A stretch of DNA of 64,000 bases, from contig OX597843.1 in assembly GCA_951406725.2 (NCBI GenBank), positions 20,770,001-20,834,000 on the forward strand, given 5' to 3'. Under the pieces are notes generated by a model, which did no database searches, was not told the DNA's origin, and was given only the letters and a program-made list of their open reading frames with translations. This document shows, in pieces, positions 37,801 to 49,826 of this stretch. Source of the stretch: Octopus vulgaris (taxonomy: Eukaryota). The translations under genes and the position numbers were made by a program. The first letter of the stretch is position 1. Every line of letters starts with the position of its first letter.

Positions 37801-38622
37801 CATCACGAAATGGCACCCGTGGCTAAAATCACTTAAGGTTTCATATCACTTTGTTGTGGGGGAATGTTTTTCAACGTGGTCTGAAGTGCATAAATGTAGA
37901 AAGCCGACATCTCTGGTTACAGAGATGTCTGATGTTTGTTAGAAAGATCAGATCCATCTTTGATCAGCCGATACCGAGTGAAAATATAAAAAAAGGAATA
38001 ATATTTCAAAATTCTTCAAGTTAGGTGACAAAGCTTATTAAAACCTATAGATATCGTAAACAAGGCTGGGAGGATGGTACAATTGTTATATAAATTGCAA
38101 GAATGATATTCCCGGTAAAAGGTGAAAACAAATATCGAACATAAAAGACTTATTAACCAACTTAAAACCTGATTCAAGGAAAAATCAGACAAAAGAAGTG
38201 AAATTCTCATGAAAAAATTGCACGACACGTTTGAGGTACCAACACAGAAACAATTTGTAATAACACGTTCTAGCACCAGAAAACGAAACGAATGGAAACA
38301 CAAGAATTGAGCCCTAACCATAAGAGATATTAAAACTCTGAGCGACTTTAATTCTCAAGTGGAGAATTTAGGGGAGACTAATTCTATAAAGAGGATATGC
38401 TGTGGAAAGATTCTGACAACCTTCCAAGTGACTAAAAGTGGTCTGACACATTTCCATTACATGGAGAACTGTCTAGTCGTAAGCAATTTATTGTGAACAA
38501 TTGATTGGTAAGCATTTCCCTATGATCCGTTGGCAGAGAGCGTCGAGTCTCACGTAATAGTAATCGTATTGCGTCGTGTAAATAGCTTCGTTAAATTATA
38601 TATCCAATACCAGGATATAGAA
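34837..38622 (+). mobile_element. Gypsy LTR element (mirror copy, rearranged at the 5' end)
   Basis: Starts TGTTGTGGAAGG at 34837; 3' LTR at 38398-38622; flanks TGTAT (34832-34836) and CGTAT (38623-38627). Contains YLDDILI, YSQIKKEALLIIFAVK and an integrase zinc-binding remnant. The PBS is missing. Confidence 0.86.
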
Positions 38623-40420
38623 CGTATTCAGGGCCAAACTTAGCACAACACTACGAACTGTCAATGGTCGCCTGCAGTACAGTCAGTTGTATATTATTAA
38701 TGCATCACAGAGTGGAAGCAAGTCAGAACTCCCAAAGCTCTTCTCAAAGAATGGGTGTCATGTGCAACAAGTAAATCCTTATGCTGAGTTATATGGGAAC
38801 ATGCACTTAATTGAACAACAAGAGATTGGAAGTGCCAGTCGTGAATATGTACAATTACGAAAGTGTGAAATACATTTCAAAAGAACGGGATATATAAGGC
38901 GCTACAATTTTTCCCCTAGCAATGAAATAACTGCACCCTGAAAACACTATTTGCCATGAGAGAGAAAATAATCTGCAGCGAAATAAGACTTTTGAAAACC
39001 GATATATCATTGGATTTCTGAAGGATATGGTGGACAGACATGTATTTGGTGTAAGAGTAACTCATGTCCGTGTCATTGAGTTTCAAAAGAGAGGACTTCC
39101 ACACTGCCATATGCTCGTAGACAAAGTGAAGATCAGAGATGATATAGACAGAATGGTACCAGCAGAAATTTCTGATTCAAATGATGACCCCGTCTTACAT
39201 GATTTAATTTTAAAAATTCATGAGACTTAGACCTTATGGTGTTGATAACCCCTCATCGCAATACATGGGGAATGGCTCTTGCCAAACAAAGTTTCCCAAG
39301 AACTACAGAAATGAGACACTACTAAATATTAATGGATATCCAGAGTACAGGAGGCACAATAAAGGGATCACATCACAAGTTGGATGCCATTCTTTTAACA
39401 ACTGGTATGTCGTTCCATTCTATGCTTACCTATTAAAGAAATTCCGAGCTCATATTAACGTTGAAGTTTGCTCATCTGTAAAAATGTCAAGTATATATGC
39501 AAGTATGTCTAAAACGGTCGTGATAGCGCTTCAGTTGAAGTAAGGAATGATGCAGTTGCAGAAGGTGGACAGACTCAGCAACCTCATGGTTAAATCAGAA
39601 ATTATTTTGCGTGTTGATATGTTTCAGCTTCTAAAGCCTTATGGAGAATGTCTATGTAGAAGCTGCATGACTCGTCCCACACTGTCTACAGTTTAGCAGT
39701 TCACTTTGAAGACCATCGGAGACTGAGCTTTCACAGAGGTAGCACTTAGCAACCTGCTCAAGAACAGAGAGATCGTGACAATACTCTCACTGCATGGTTC
39801 AAACTGAATGAGCACAATTAACGGAAGTACTTGTACCCTAACATTCCTATGCGTTATGTGTTTAATGAACGTACAAAAAACATGAACACTCAGGAGAAAA
39901 TCAATACCATCGGCTGCAGAATGAACACAGTGATTCCTAAGGACGTAAAAAAAATTCATTTACGATTGCTATTTCGGATGTTCCAGGTGCTAAGCGCTTT
40001 GAGAAGTGAGCAGTGTAGGAGGTGAAATTTATGCAACATTTAAAGATGCGTACATATGAGTTGGTCTCCTCCAAAATGATGAGAGTTTGGAGCACACTAT
40101 ACTTGAAGCTACTGCGTGTCGGATGCCATTTCAGTTGTGTATTACGTTTGCTGTCCTCTGCACCTATTCAAGTTCTTCCAATGTTCTTCGCCTGTGGAAT
40201 ACTGACAAGAATTTTATGATGGAAGATTATGCTCACCGAGGGCTGAATGCAGACTCTACACTTCATAAATTCTGTGTTAATTGAAAATGGCATTAGCTGG
40301 TTTAATATTAGCTTGCTTGAACCAATTGGAATGTAACGGGTTGAGCAGAAAGATGACATGAAGCACCCACTCATTGCAACCCTTACCAACGAGAAGAAAG
40401 GGATCGCCGATGCAGTCATT
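38623..40420 (+). mobile_element. Helitron Rep region (mirror copy)
   Basis: RRYNFSPSNEI, VIEFQKRGLPHCHML, CQTKFPK, GYPEYRR, AHINVEVC. Confidence 0.9.
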
Positions 40421-40719
40421 AAAGACAGTTGGTAAGAAAAGGTTGAGGTGAGATGCTGGAATCTTTCTATTTCTCTGCTGATTTTCCCGGAGGCTGTAAC
40501 TTCATAAATTCCAATTCAATCCGTACACTTCTGTAAATTTCTTATTTACTTTTGCAACGTTTTGTGTTTTGTGTTTGTTGTTGTTGAAGGAATTACTGAT
40601 AAATGTAAGTTCATAATTTACTGCCAGGAGTAACTTCAAACATTTCACTTAAACCCGCGCACATAATTAATTTCCCTAAAAAATTCTTATTTACCACATT
40701 TGTTTTCAAGTAACCCTCT

Positions 40720-43195
40720 GTTTTAAATTTCCGGTTTCATAGGATTATGCTTCGTCACTCATACGTACCATCCTTGCTACATTCACCCGTCTTTCTTAAA
40801 ACATTCGCTAGACAAAACTTGCCTCTCTGCTCTCACTTTGTTTTTCAAGTGATCCTTGAAGAGATGATACAAGAAGATGTTGAAAGATTGACCAGAGGGG
40901 AAAGCGTTTGTCTCCAATCCTTTCATACGCGTCCACCAGATACATTATTTCGCCATATGATGAAAATAGCTCTTCCTTTCTGCTTGAAAGAAAGAGGCGT
41001 GACAATATTGACGATAGACTCGGCTGTTAAACCGACTCGTCCCACACATGACAGCAGTTGTTCGACATAAGCCCACAGTTCGGAAATGTTTGGACACTGC
41101 ACGAGTGCGTGCAGAACGGTTTCGTCACTCTGTCCGCATCTCGGGCAGGTCGGCCCCGTATTCCTCGAGCTGTGTCTGTTGAGTTTATCCCGAAGGAGTA
41201 GCGCTTCTCGGTAGCACTGCCAGGTAAAGGATCTCTGGATGTTGTGAATGGGCCCTGGCCCGAAAGTCGTCTTGAACAGGCGGGTCAGATATTCCTCGTC
41301 GACGTCCAGGTTCGCCCCGAGCTCGTCGTCGCGCCTCCCCTCCACTAATCCCCTATAGAATGCTTGGGTTGTGTTGATGTCACTCATGGTCGACCCAGGA
41401 CGGCATAATTGCTTGACAGCAACGGGACACTCGCGGTGCCATTCGCCCCTTCTCGGCCTCCTTTTGATCCACGGCTGCAGTTCGGTCATGGAGATGAGTT
41501 GCGGGAAAGCGTGCCTCACAAACGGCGACCACACCTGTTCACCGTCGTCTACGTAGAGCCTGAGATGTCGCAGTCTCAGCGCGTGTCTGCGCATCATAAA
41601 AAAAGGCATGGCCAGCCCTCCCCTTTAACGGTTGTTGACAGCAAATGGATCGCATCGGGACGCATCCTTTCCACATGACGCGAAAGAGAATGCGTTCTAG
41701 TTTGGTGATGGTAGGGTCGGGACAAGGCACGACGGTCAGGCGGTAGTAGATGACGTACGCGATGTACGAGTTCGCCACCTCCGCCCGACATTTTAGGGAC
41801 AGTTTCTCTCGGCCCATTGCCGGGCGAGAGTGGCCACCCTGCTCATTATCTCGTTCCACGTTTTCGCCATTTGGAGGTCTCGCCCAAACCAGAACCCGAG
41901 AAACTCGACCGGACCGTCGGTCCAGCGTCCCACAACGGAGGCGCTGGTGGACTGCATGGGCTTGCTTCTCCAGGTGCCGAGTCGCAAGCCCACTGATTTT
42001 TCCCGGTTGTTTTCGGTCCTGTCACCGCTACGTAGTCTTTCAGTGTCTCGCCGACATGCTCGATGTGCTCGTATGCCGACACGCTCGTCACGAATCCCAA
42101 TTCTCGTGGGATGACACTCATAGTTGGCAGCTTCCGTAATAATGGCTCGAGAGTCAATGCGTTCAGAAGCGACGAGAGGAGGCATCCCTAACGGACATAA
42201 CGTGCAATGTCTAAAGGTCTCTATAGAAGTCCATTTTCGCGAATTACCGTACGGATGCCTGTGTACAAAGCGGCTATCCAGCCGCGGAAGACGGGACCGA
42301 ATCCAGCCGCTCTGAGGACAGCTTCCAAGTATCGATGGTCTACCCTATCGAAAGCTTTCGATTGATCCAAATTGATCTGCACTCCACCCGTGCCAGATTC
42401 CTTAACTACCCTGTCTATGATGTAGCGCATCAGGTGGCGGTCGTCATGGATGCTCCGGCCCGGCACGGCGCACGTTTGCGCCTTGTCGACCAGTTTCTCG
42501 ATGACAAGCGCCAACCTCTTGGCTAACACCTTGGCCAAAATTTTCAAGTCCTCCCCTCAGCAAAGTAATGGGCCTAAAGTTATCTATAACATTCCCCTTG
42601 TTGAGATCTTTCTTCAGCAGTGTTACGGCTCCTCGGATCACAAAACCAGGAATGCTCTAGTTTTGCTGGCAGTTGCAGTACACCGCTGCCAAGACGTCTC
42701 CAAAAAGTCTGGAATACAACTGTAAAGCTCGTGGTGTAGACAAACAAAACCCATCGATTTGTCTCTCGAGCATTCTGCCATCGCGTCCTGCGCTTCCGCC
42801 GCCCTGATGGCACCTTCGCAGCGCCCTGCCTCTCTTGTCGAGAATCGTGGTAGGCTGTGCACGTAGGTACCGAAGTCCACCGAAGTTCTTGCCCGCCACT
42901 AGTCTCGAACAGTCGGCCAAAATGCTGTTGGAAGGCCTCACACATTTTACTTGGCTCGAGCAATTCGCGCCCCTGTTCATCTACCAGGGGTAGACGACTT
43001 TGTTGCTCCGTTGTGCCCCTGTTCATCTACCAGGGGTAGATGACTTTGTTGCTCTGTTGCGCCTCTGCCACCCGGGCTTCTCTCGCGGCTCTAACACCTT
43101 CGTTCCTTAGAGCACGCATCCTAGCTCTGACAACACACCCTTCGTGTTTGGCGTTGAAGTGTTGGTCGAGGGCCAACCTCGCCGCCAAATCGTCG
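40720..43195 (-). mobile_element. Tx1-like LINE (mirror copy)
   Basis: ORFs 40923-41609 and 42221-42547 translate identically to 25511-26197 and 24573-24899. Confidence 0.88.
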
Positions 43196-43689
43196 GATAG
43201 ATAGATAGATAGATAGAGCGAGAGAGACAGAGAGAAACATACATACATACAAACATACATACAAACATACTTATATATACATACATACTGAGATAAAAAG
43301 AATAAACTTAAAAATCGGTATCCCAATCACGTAGCCTCCTTCCGACATAAGGACACAAGCAAAGCTACTAAGTTCGCTACCTATTCTTTATTAACATTTT
43401 GTAATCTTTCCAGCCCTTTAATTTAAGACCTAAGGAGGATTACACTTTCACCTTTTCTACATTTTAATTTTTACATTTTTGTGTTTTCATTTTCTTTTGT
43501 TTTAACTTTCTACATTTTCTATATGCTATATTCTCAGTTTTCTAAAGTTTCTTCTCTTATTCATTTTTCTTTAGTTCGTAATGATATGTTGTTTGTGCCG
43601 GGTGCATATGTTTGAGATATTCCTCAACATATGAAACTGAACTTAAAGTCAGGTACTGTGTCCATTAAATAAATAAATAGTATATATAT

Positions 43690-43902
43690 TGTTGTTTGTT
43701 CATTCTCGAGCCATGCCTGGCTCATAAGGGACGGGGCACTGGACCTCTGCCGGTGAGCTGCTAGAAGTAGGAGGAAAGAGTGAGAGAATGTGGTGGAGCT
43801 GAGGAGTTCCGCTCATAAACAAACATCGCATAATCTGAGATTCGAAACCGCGATCCCTCGAGCGCGAGTCTGCTGCTCTAACCACTAGAACTTCTGCCTC
43901 CA
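43690..43902 (-). mobile_element. Degenerate SINE family B (mirror copy)
   Basis: Reverse complement of 23219-23430. Confidence 0.7.
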
Positions 43903-43944
43903 TATATATGTTCATGTGCCTCCATATATATATACATATATACA

Positions 43945-44784
43945 CGATGTTGGACCCGGCTTTACTCGTGTTTTCCGTGTAGAAGTTAAGCCCACCTCTG
44001 ATCTTGTATCGAAATCTTCTACATTCTCTCTACCAACTGTTACCAATTAAGATGTTATATCTGATTCGGCAGGCATTTTACCCGCTTAACGCTTTCGACA
44101 TACTCCTCCATACTGGACCGTCTGAAATAGCAGTGAAACGTTTGGGTGTACTTCGACACATTGAGAGTGATGTCTGTTTATTTCTCCCCCCCCCTGAATG
44201 TCATTGTTGTTACAAAATTAAGCAGTGTGTTCAATCTGAGTAAAATCTAAAGAAAAGTGGTAAGGTTATGTCATAAAATAGAATCCATGTGACCATTTAC
44301 ATGAAAATATTCCATTAACATTTTAATCTCAATACGTTATATAAATAACCGACGTTTTATATATTATAATTTTACACACTGGACAATTTTCTTCAAAATC
44401 AGTTCGTTATTTCATTGTGAATGATTTTGACGATTTCTGCCTTTCATCATTTTAATTTTAATGCTATTACATGACTCAGGCCTTAAACTTTACCTAAAAG
44501 TCGAAGTTCATCAAAATCGGATGAATTGTGTAAAAGTTACAGCCTAAAATACTAATCCTATGGGTGATTGCTTACAATAAGCCTATTGATTTTTTAAAAC
44601 GCAGTTATCGATTTTTTGTCAACTCTTCATCTGGTATCAACTAATGGACATGAACTGTAATCACGTGTAAAATTTCTACAAAATCGTTAAAAATGTCTGT
44701 ATGCACATTTATCTACACTTCATATTTCATTAAAATCGGATGAAAAATATGAAATTTACGGCCAAAAATAAAACCCCTGTGGGT
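43945..44784. mobile_element. CCGATTTTGATGAA-motif repeat (mirror copy)
   Basis: Reverse complement of 22336-23175. Confidence 0.7.
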
Positions 44785-44815
44785 ATAGGTTTTTAAATTT
44801 TAGGAGTTTATCTAT

Positions 44816-46131
44816 TCCGTCAAAAATCCGGAATTGCTATGGGTACAAGGGCAGCACCAGTCATTGCGAACTTAACAATGGGATACATGGAAATAATCAT
44901 TTACCAGGAATCTCTATCAATCTTTGGAAACTCCCTCTCTCAATACATAAAAGAGAATTGGAAACGATTCCTAGACGATTGTTTCATTCTCTGGAATGAA
45001 AACATAGATAAACTCCTAAAATTTAAAAACCTATTGAACAGCATAAACCCAAATATACAGTTCACAATGGAATACAACCAAAAGGAGCTCCCGTTCTTGG
45101 ATATACTAATTAAAAAATTTAACCTTAAAATAGAAACAGACATTTTTTACAAAACCACAGACGCCAAACAATACCTTCTTTTTAATTCATGCCACCCAAG
45201 ACACACTAAAACAAACATCCCCAGAAACAAAGAAGCCTTCACCATCATCACCCAGAATTTACCAATACTTCATAAAAACCCAAAATTAAAGGAAATTCTA
45301 AACATACACCAAATCATTAAAAGCTACAAACAGCCTAAATCACTTAAAAAGATTCTCACAAAGGCAAAATTGTCTTCTAAAATTACGGATGCAAAAGTAA
45401 AAAAATGTGGTAGATCGAACTGTGCAACATGTCCTAAACTATTGGAAGGATCAGAATTCTTCTTTAAAGAGGGACAGAAATTTAAGATCAAATCTAACTT
45501 TACTTGTGCCTCTGAAAATATAATTTATGTTATTAAATGCCCGGGCTGCCACCAAGACTACGTGGGTTCAACGGGACTATCACTCAGGCGTAGATGCACA
45601 CTGCATCGACAACAGATTGCATTCCCAGAATATAGAATGATACCTTTTAGTGAGCACATTGAGAAATGCGCAAAGCAACTACTGCCACAATTTCTAATCT
45701 TCCCATTTTACCAATGTGCTTTCGGATCATCAACACAAATGAGACTGAACAAGGAAACATTCTTCATTGAAAAGTACAAACCCAGACTCAACCACCCGAA
45801 CATACTGACACAGAGAAATTAACAAGGGAAAGGGAAAACAAAATTTTAAGCGATTATCTCCCTTACACCGGAAGAAATCACTCACTACCTCCCCTTATTT
45901 AGAAATCTTCTGGAAATAAAAACAACGATAACTCCATGCAATATAAACATAACGTCACAAGAAATTTGAAAAGCTACACGCGAAACCGGTAATTTCTTTA
46001 AAAAATTTTAAAATTATGACATTTTAAGGAAAGGAAAAAAATTTGTCCAATATTCTCCAGACATTTTGACACAAATATATATATTTTTTAACATTTAAGC
46101 CTTCTGTCGTTTTTTCACACTTTACTATTTT

Positions 46132-46133
<2 letters not shown>
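44816..46133 (+). mobile_element. Penelope-like element (mirror copy) with an uninterrupted 327-aa RT-thumb/GIY-YIG ORF created by an in-frame deletion
   Basis: ORF 44839-45822 is 225 bp shorter than the equivalent 21072-22280; the junction reads HTKTNIP|RNKEAF. Confidence 0.92.
45959..45998 (+). ncRNA. Minimal type I hammerhead ribozyme, U3-A8 core variant (mirror copy)
   Basis: aagaaat ttgaaaa gc tacac gc gaaa ccgg ta atttctt, identical to the left copy, starting 137 nt after the PLE stop codon. Confidence 0.78.
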
Positions 46134-46172
<39 letters not shown>

Positions 46173-46173
<1 letters not shown>

Positions 46174-46549
46174 GAGGCGCAATGGCCCAGTGGTTAGGGC
46201 AGCGGACTCGCGGTCGTAGGATCGCGGTTTCGATTCCCAGACCGGGCGTTGTGAGTGTCTGTTGAGCGAAAACACCTAAAGCTCCACGAGGCTCCGGCAG
46301 GGATGGTGGTGGTCCCTGCTGTACTCTTTCACCACAACTTTCTCTCACTCTTTCTTCCTGTTTCTGTTGTACCTGTATTTCAAAGGGCCGGCCTAGTCAC
46401 TCTCTGTGTCACGCTGAATCTCCCCGAGAACTACGTTAAGGTACACGTGTCTGTGGAGTGCTCAGCCACTTACACGTTAATTTCACGAGCAGGCTGTTCC
46501 GTTGGTCGGATCAACCGGAACCCTCATCGTCGTAACCGACGGAGTGCTT

Positions 46550-46551
<2 letters not shown>
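46173..46551 (+). mobile_element. SINE family B (mirror copy)
   Basis: tRNA-like head with A and B boxes; (TA)n on both sides. Confidence 0.9.
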
Positions 46552-46615
<64 letters not shown>

Positions 46616-47147
46616 CGTATGTATTCCTATGTAATACATACATATGTATGTATTACAGGTTTGACGTATGGGGTTTCACATGTCACAGATAAATTCCTCT
46701 ATTTACATAATACTGAGGTCCCATTCATTCTTTTGTTGGTATACCGCTGCTATTAATATATATATGTATAGTAAGAGAAGGGATATAATATGAAAGCAGA
46801 TAGCGAATGGCAAGGCTGGTACCTTCAGATGGTAGGTTTACGCTGAATGTCCTTTAGGTCCCAACCGATGTAACAGTTTATTTTTTGGCAACGTAGATAT
46901 ACAGTCTAATTATGATAATAATGGGATTGAGTTTGTATATTCAAATTGTTAATTCTCTCTGTCTCTCTCTCACTCTTTCTTTCTTTCATTCTATCTTTAT
47001 TTCTTTCTCTCTTTCGCTTTCTCTCTCACTCTCTCTCTCTACACATATATACTTATAAATTGAAGATATACTCATTAAAATGTTATTTGTTATAAACATT
47101 TATATATGTATATGTTAGGGTGTGTGTGTGTAAGTACATGTATATAT

Positions 47148-49826
47148 AAAGAAGAATTGGATGCTCATATCAAGGAAACCTACAACGATCCGCACCGTAA
47201 CCAGCCGCTGCCACCTCTACATGGGCTAAATCATCTCTCAGGACCTGATATCGAATTCCAGATTGGGGACATCAGGGAGAGAGGTGAATGACTTTGTAAG
47301 AAAAGCTAGAGCAGAGAGTGCCCCAGGAGGTGATGGCGTCTCATATAAAGCCTACAAATACTGCAATCGTCTGCGAAAGAAGCTCTTCGTCCTACTCCGA
47401 AAACTGTAGCGCGAGGAGACTATAGTAGAGGATTGGTGTAAGGCAGGGGATTGGTGTAATATACCTGGCGAAAGAGGCCAATACAAAGACCATAAAACAG
47501 TTAAGGCCGATATCCTTATTGAATGTGGAAGGCAAGATTTTTATGGGAATTCCGTCGAGGAGAACAGTGGCATATTTACAGGGTAACGGATATGTTGATG
47601 AATCTCTACAATAGGCCGGAATACCCGGGATCCCTGGATGCGTTGAACACTGTTTTTCGATTTGGAAAGCGATCCAGGACGCCAAACAGAACAAGAAAAG
47701 TCTGAACGTGGTAAGCCTCGACCTAGCTAACGCGTATGGTTACGCGTGCCACACGAATTACTAATAACAGCCATGGACCACTTCCATATTCCTGACAAAG
47801 TGATCAAAATAATGAGGATGTACTATGACAGTTTAGAGGTTGACATTGCTGCTGGCTGTACAATATCTGTCACATTGTTTATCTTGGTTAGGAGTTGATT
47901 TTGAAAGGTGTAGATTTTCCGGAACAAATCGCCCATGTACAATCGCCTAAGAAAGAGTTCATGGATGATGTGTCATTTCTAGCTACAGATAAACAAATCA
48001 TGCAGAATGCCCTCTTGAGATTAGACGAACTTGTAAGGTGGTCAAGGATGCGATTTAGAGCCAAAAAGCCGCGTAGTCTGACATTTGTTAAAGGAGTGCA
48101 GAAAGAATTTAAGTTCCGGATATCTGAAGAAAGCATTCCAACAGTCAAGGAAGAGCCCGTCAAGAGCTTGGGACGAGTATACGCTGGAACCTTGTCAGAC
48201 AGAAGTCATGGGATTGAAATTATGAAACAGGCCGAAGCTGGGTTATCAGCGATTGATAATTCGAGGTTACCAGGTAAATATAAAATTTGGTGCTTGCAGT
48301 TCGGCTTGTACCCGCGACTTGCGTGGCCACTTTTAATATACGAAGTAGCATTGTCACGAGTTGAAAGCATTGAACAAAAATGTAATGTGTTCATTAGAAA
48401 GTGGCTAGGCCTACCTCGTATGTTGAACAACTCAGCTCTTTATCATAAAAGAGGTTGTTGCATCAATAGTCGAAATATATAAGCTGGGGAAGATACGGAC
48501 GATCATGATGCTGAGAGAATCGAAGGATATGAAAATCAGGCGTAACCCACCAGAGATGAACACAGCCAGGAAGTGGAAAGCAGAAGCAGAAACTCACGAC
48601 ATTTTGTCTTCTCTTATACACAGAGATATGGTGGGAGCAACGCAGAATCATCGGAAAGGACTTGGTTTTGGCGCAGATCAATTCAGACCGTTTGCAAGCA
48701 TGATGCGGAGTGAACGCAGATCTGTTGTTAGCAACAGCGTCAAAACAAGAGAAGCAGAGAGAAGAGATCTTCATTTGATCCGATGTGTTCATCAAGGTCA
48801 GATGACGAGATGGCAAGAACATGTTGTTGAGAGGAAGATAAGTTGGGATGAGATGTGAAAGTGGACAACATCTCGGCTGAGTTTCCTGATTCGTTCATCT
48901 TATGATGTTTTGCCATCACCTACGAATCTAGTAAGATGGAACGTCTTAGAGAATGACATCTGCAAATGTGGAAAGGTCGGTACACTAAAACATATTCTTT
49001 CCAACTATTCATTAGCATTGAACAAGTATACATGGAGGCACAACTTGTTCCTTAAGGTTATCTTCAATGCTATAAAGAACAAAATTCATCTCAACAACAC
49101 TGACGAAAAACCGTTGAAAGTACCATCAAGAGATTTCATTACCTTCGTGCGACCAGGAAAGCGGATCCGTTTCAAGAAGAAGATCAAGAAACTTCCTGAG
49201 AAAAATGAAAAGTGGAACGGCTATTGGGAGGTAACTGCAGATTTACCTGGGTGCCAGGTTTTCTTTCCCATCCCAGTTTCGAAAAAACCAGATATTTTGA
49301 TGTGGTGTGAAAGAAAGTTGTAAATATAGTCGAGCTAACGGTTCCTCATGAAGATAATATGGACGCCGCTCGGGCTCGAAAATTGAGCCGTTATGAAAAC
49401 CTCCTCGAGGAATGTGAAGACGCAGGCTGGAAAGTGGAACATTTTCCTATCGAAGTCGGATGTAGAGGGTTTGTTGGATTCAGCGTGAGACGACTGTTGT
49501 TATCGCTAGGCCTAACTCATCGTAAAGTCAATACCACCATGACTGATATCCAATCTACAGTGGAGAAGGCTAGCCAGTGGATTTGGTTAACAAGAGACGA
49601 TGAGCGATGGCTAGAAGTATATTGAGTTTAACTTCATAACCAGCTGATCTAGCAAGCTGGGCCTCGTATCAGTGAGGGGGTCCGGTGCGCATTGATGCCG
49701 TCGAGATGTAGGCCCCGAAACGGCGTGCATTCTCTCCTGATGACCCATACACTTGCTAGCTTCCGGTATACGGAGCTTTAAACTGGTAGCACTTGCATGT
49801 GCAAGTTGTTTGCAAGACATATATAT
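47148..49826 (+). mobile_element. HERO-like retrotransposon (mirror copy)
   Basis: ORFs 47895-48482, 48505-48858, 48910-49323 and 49359-49625. This copy keeps the terminal WIWLTRDDERW that the left copy loses to a TGA. Confidence 0.86.

Noticed and set aside
49690-49750. Hammerhead ribozyme in the HERO 3' UTR (ccccGAAAcggcg...CTGATGAccc)
   Set aside because: The core words are present, but the strands that would form stem II (cccc and ccc) cannot pair. More likely an ordinary 3' UTR stem-loop (gccgt/acggc).
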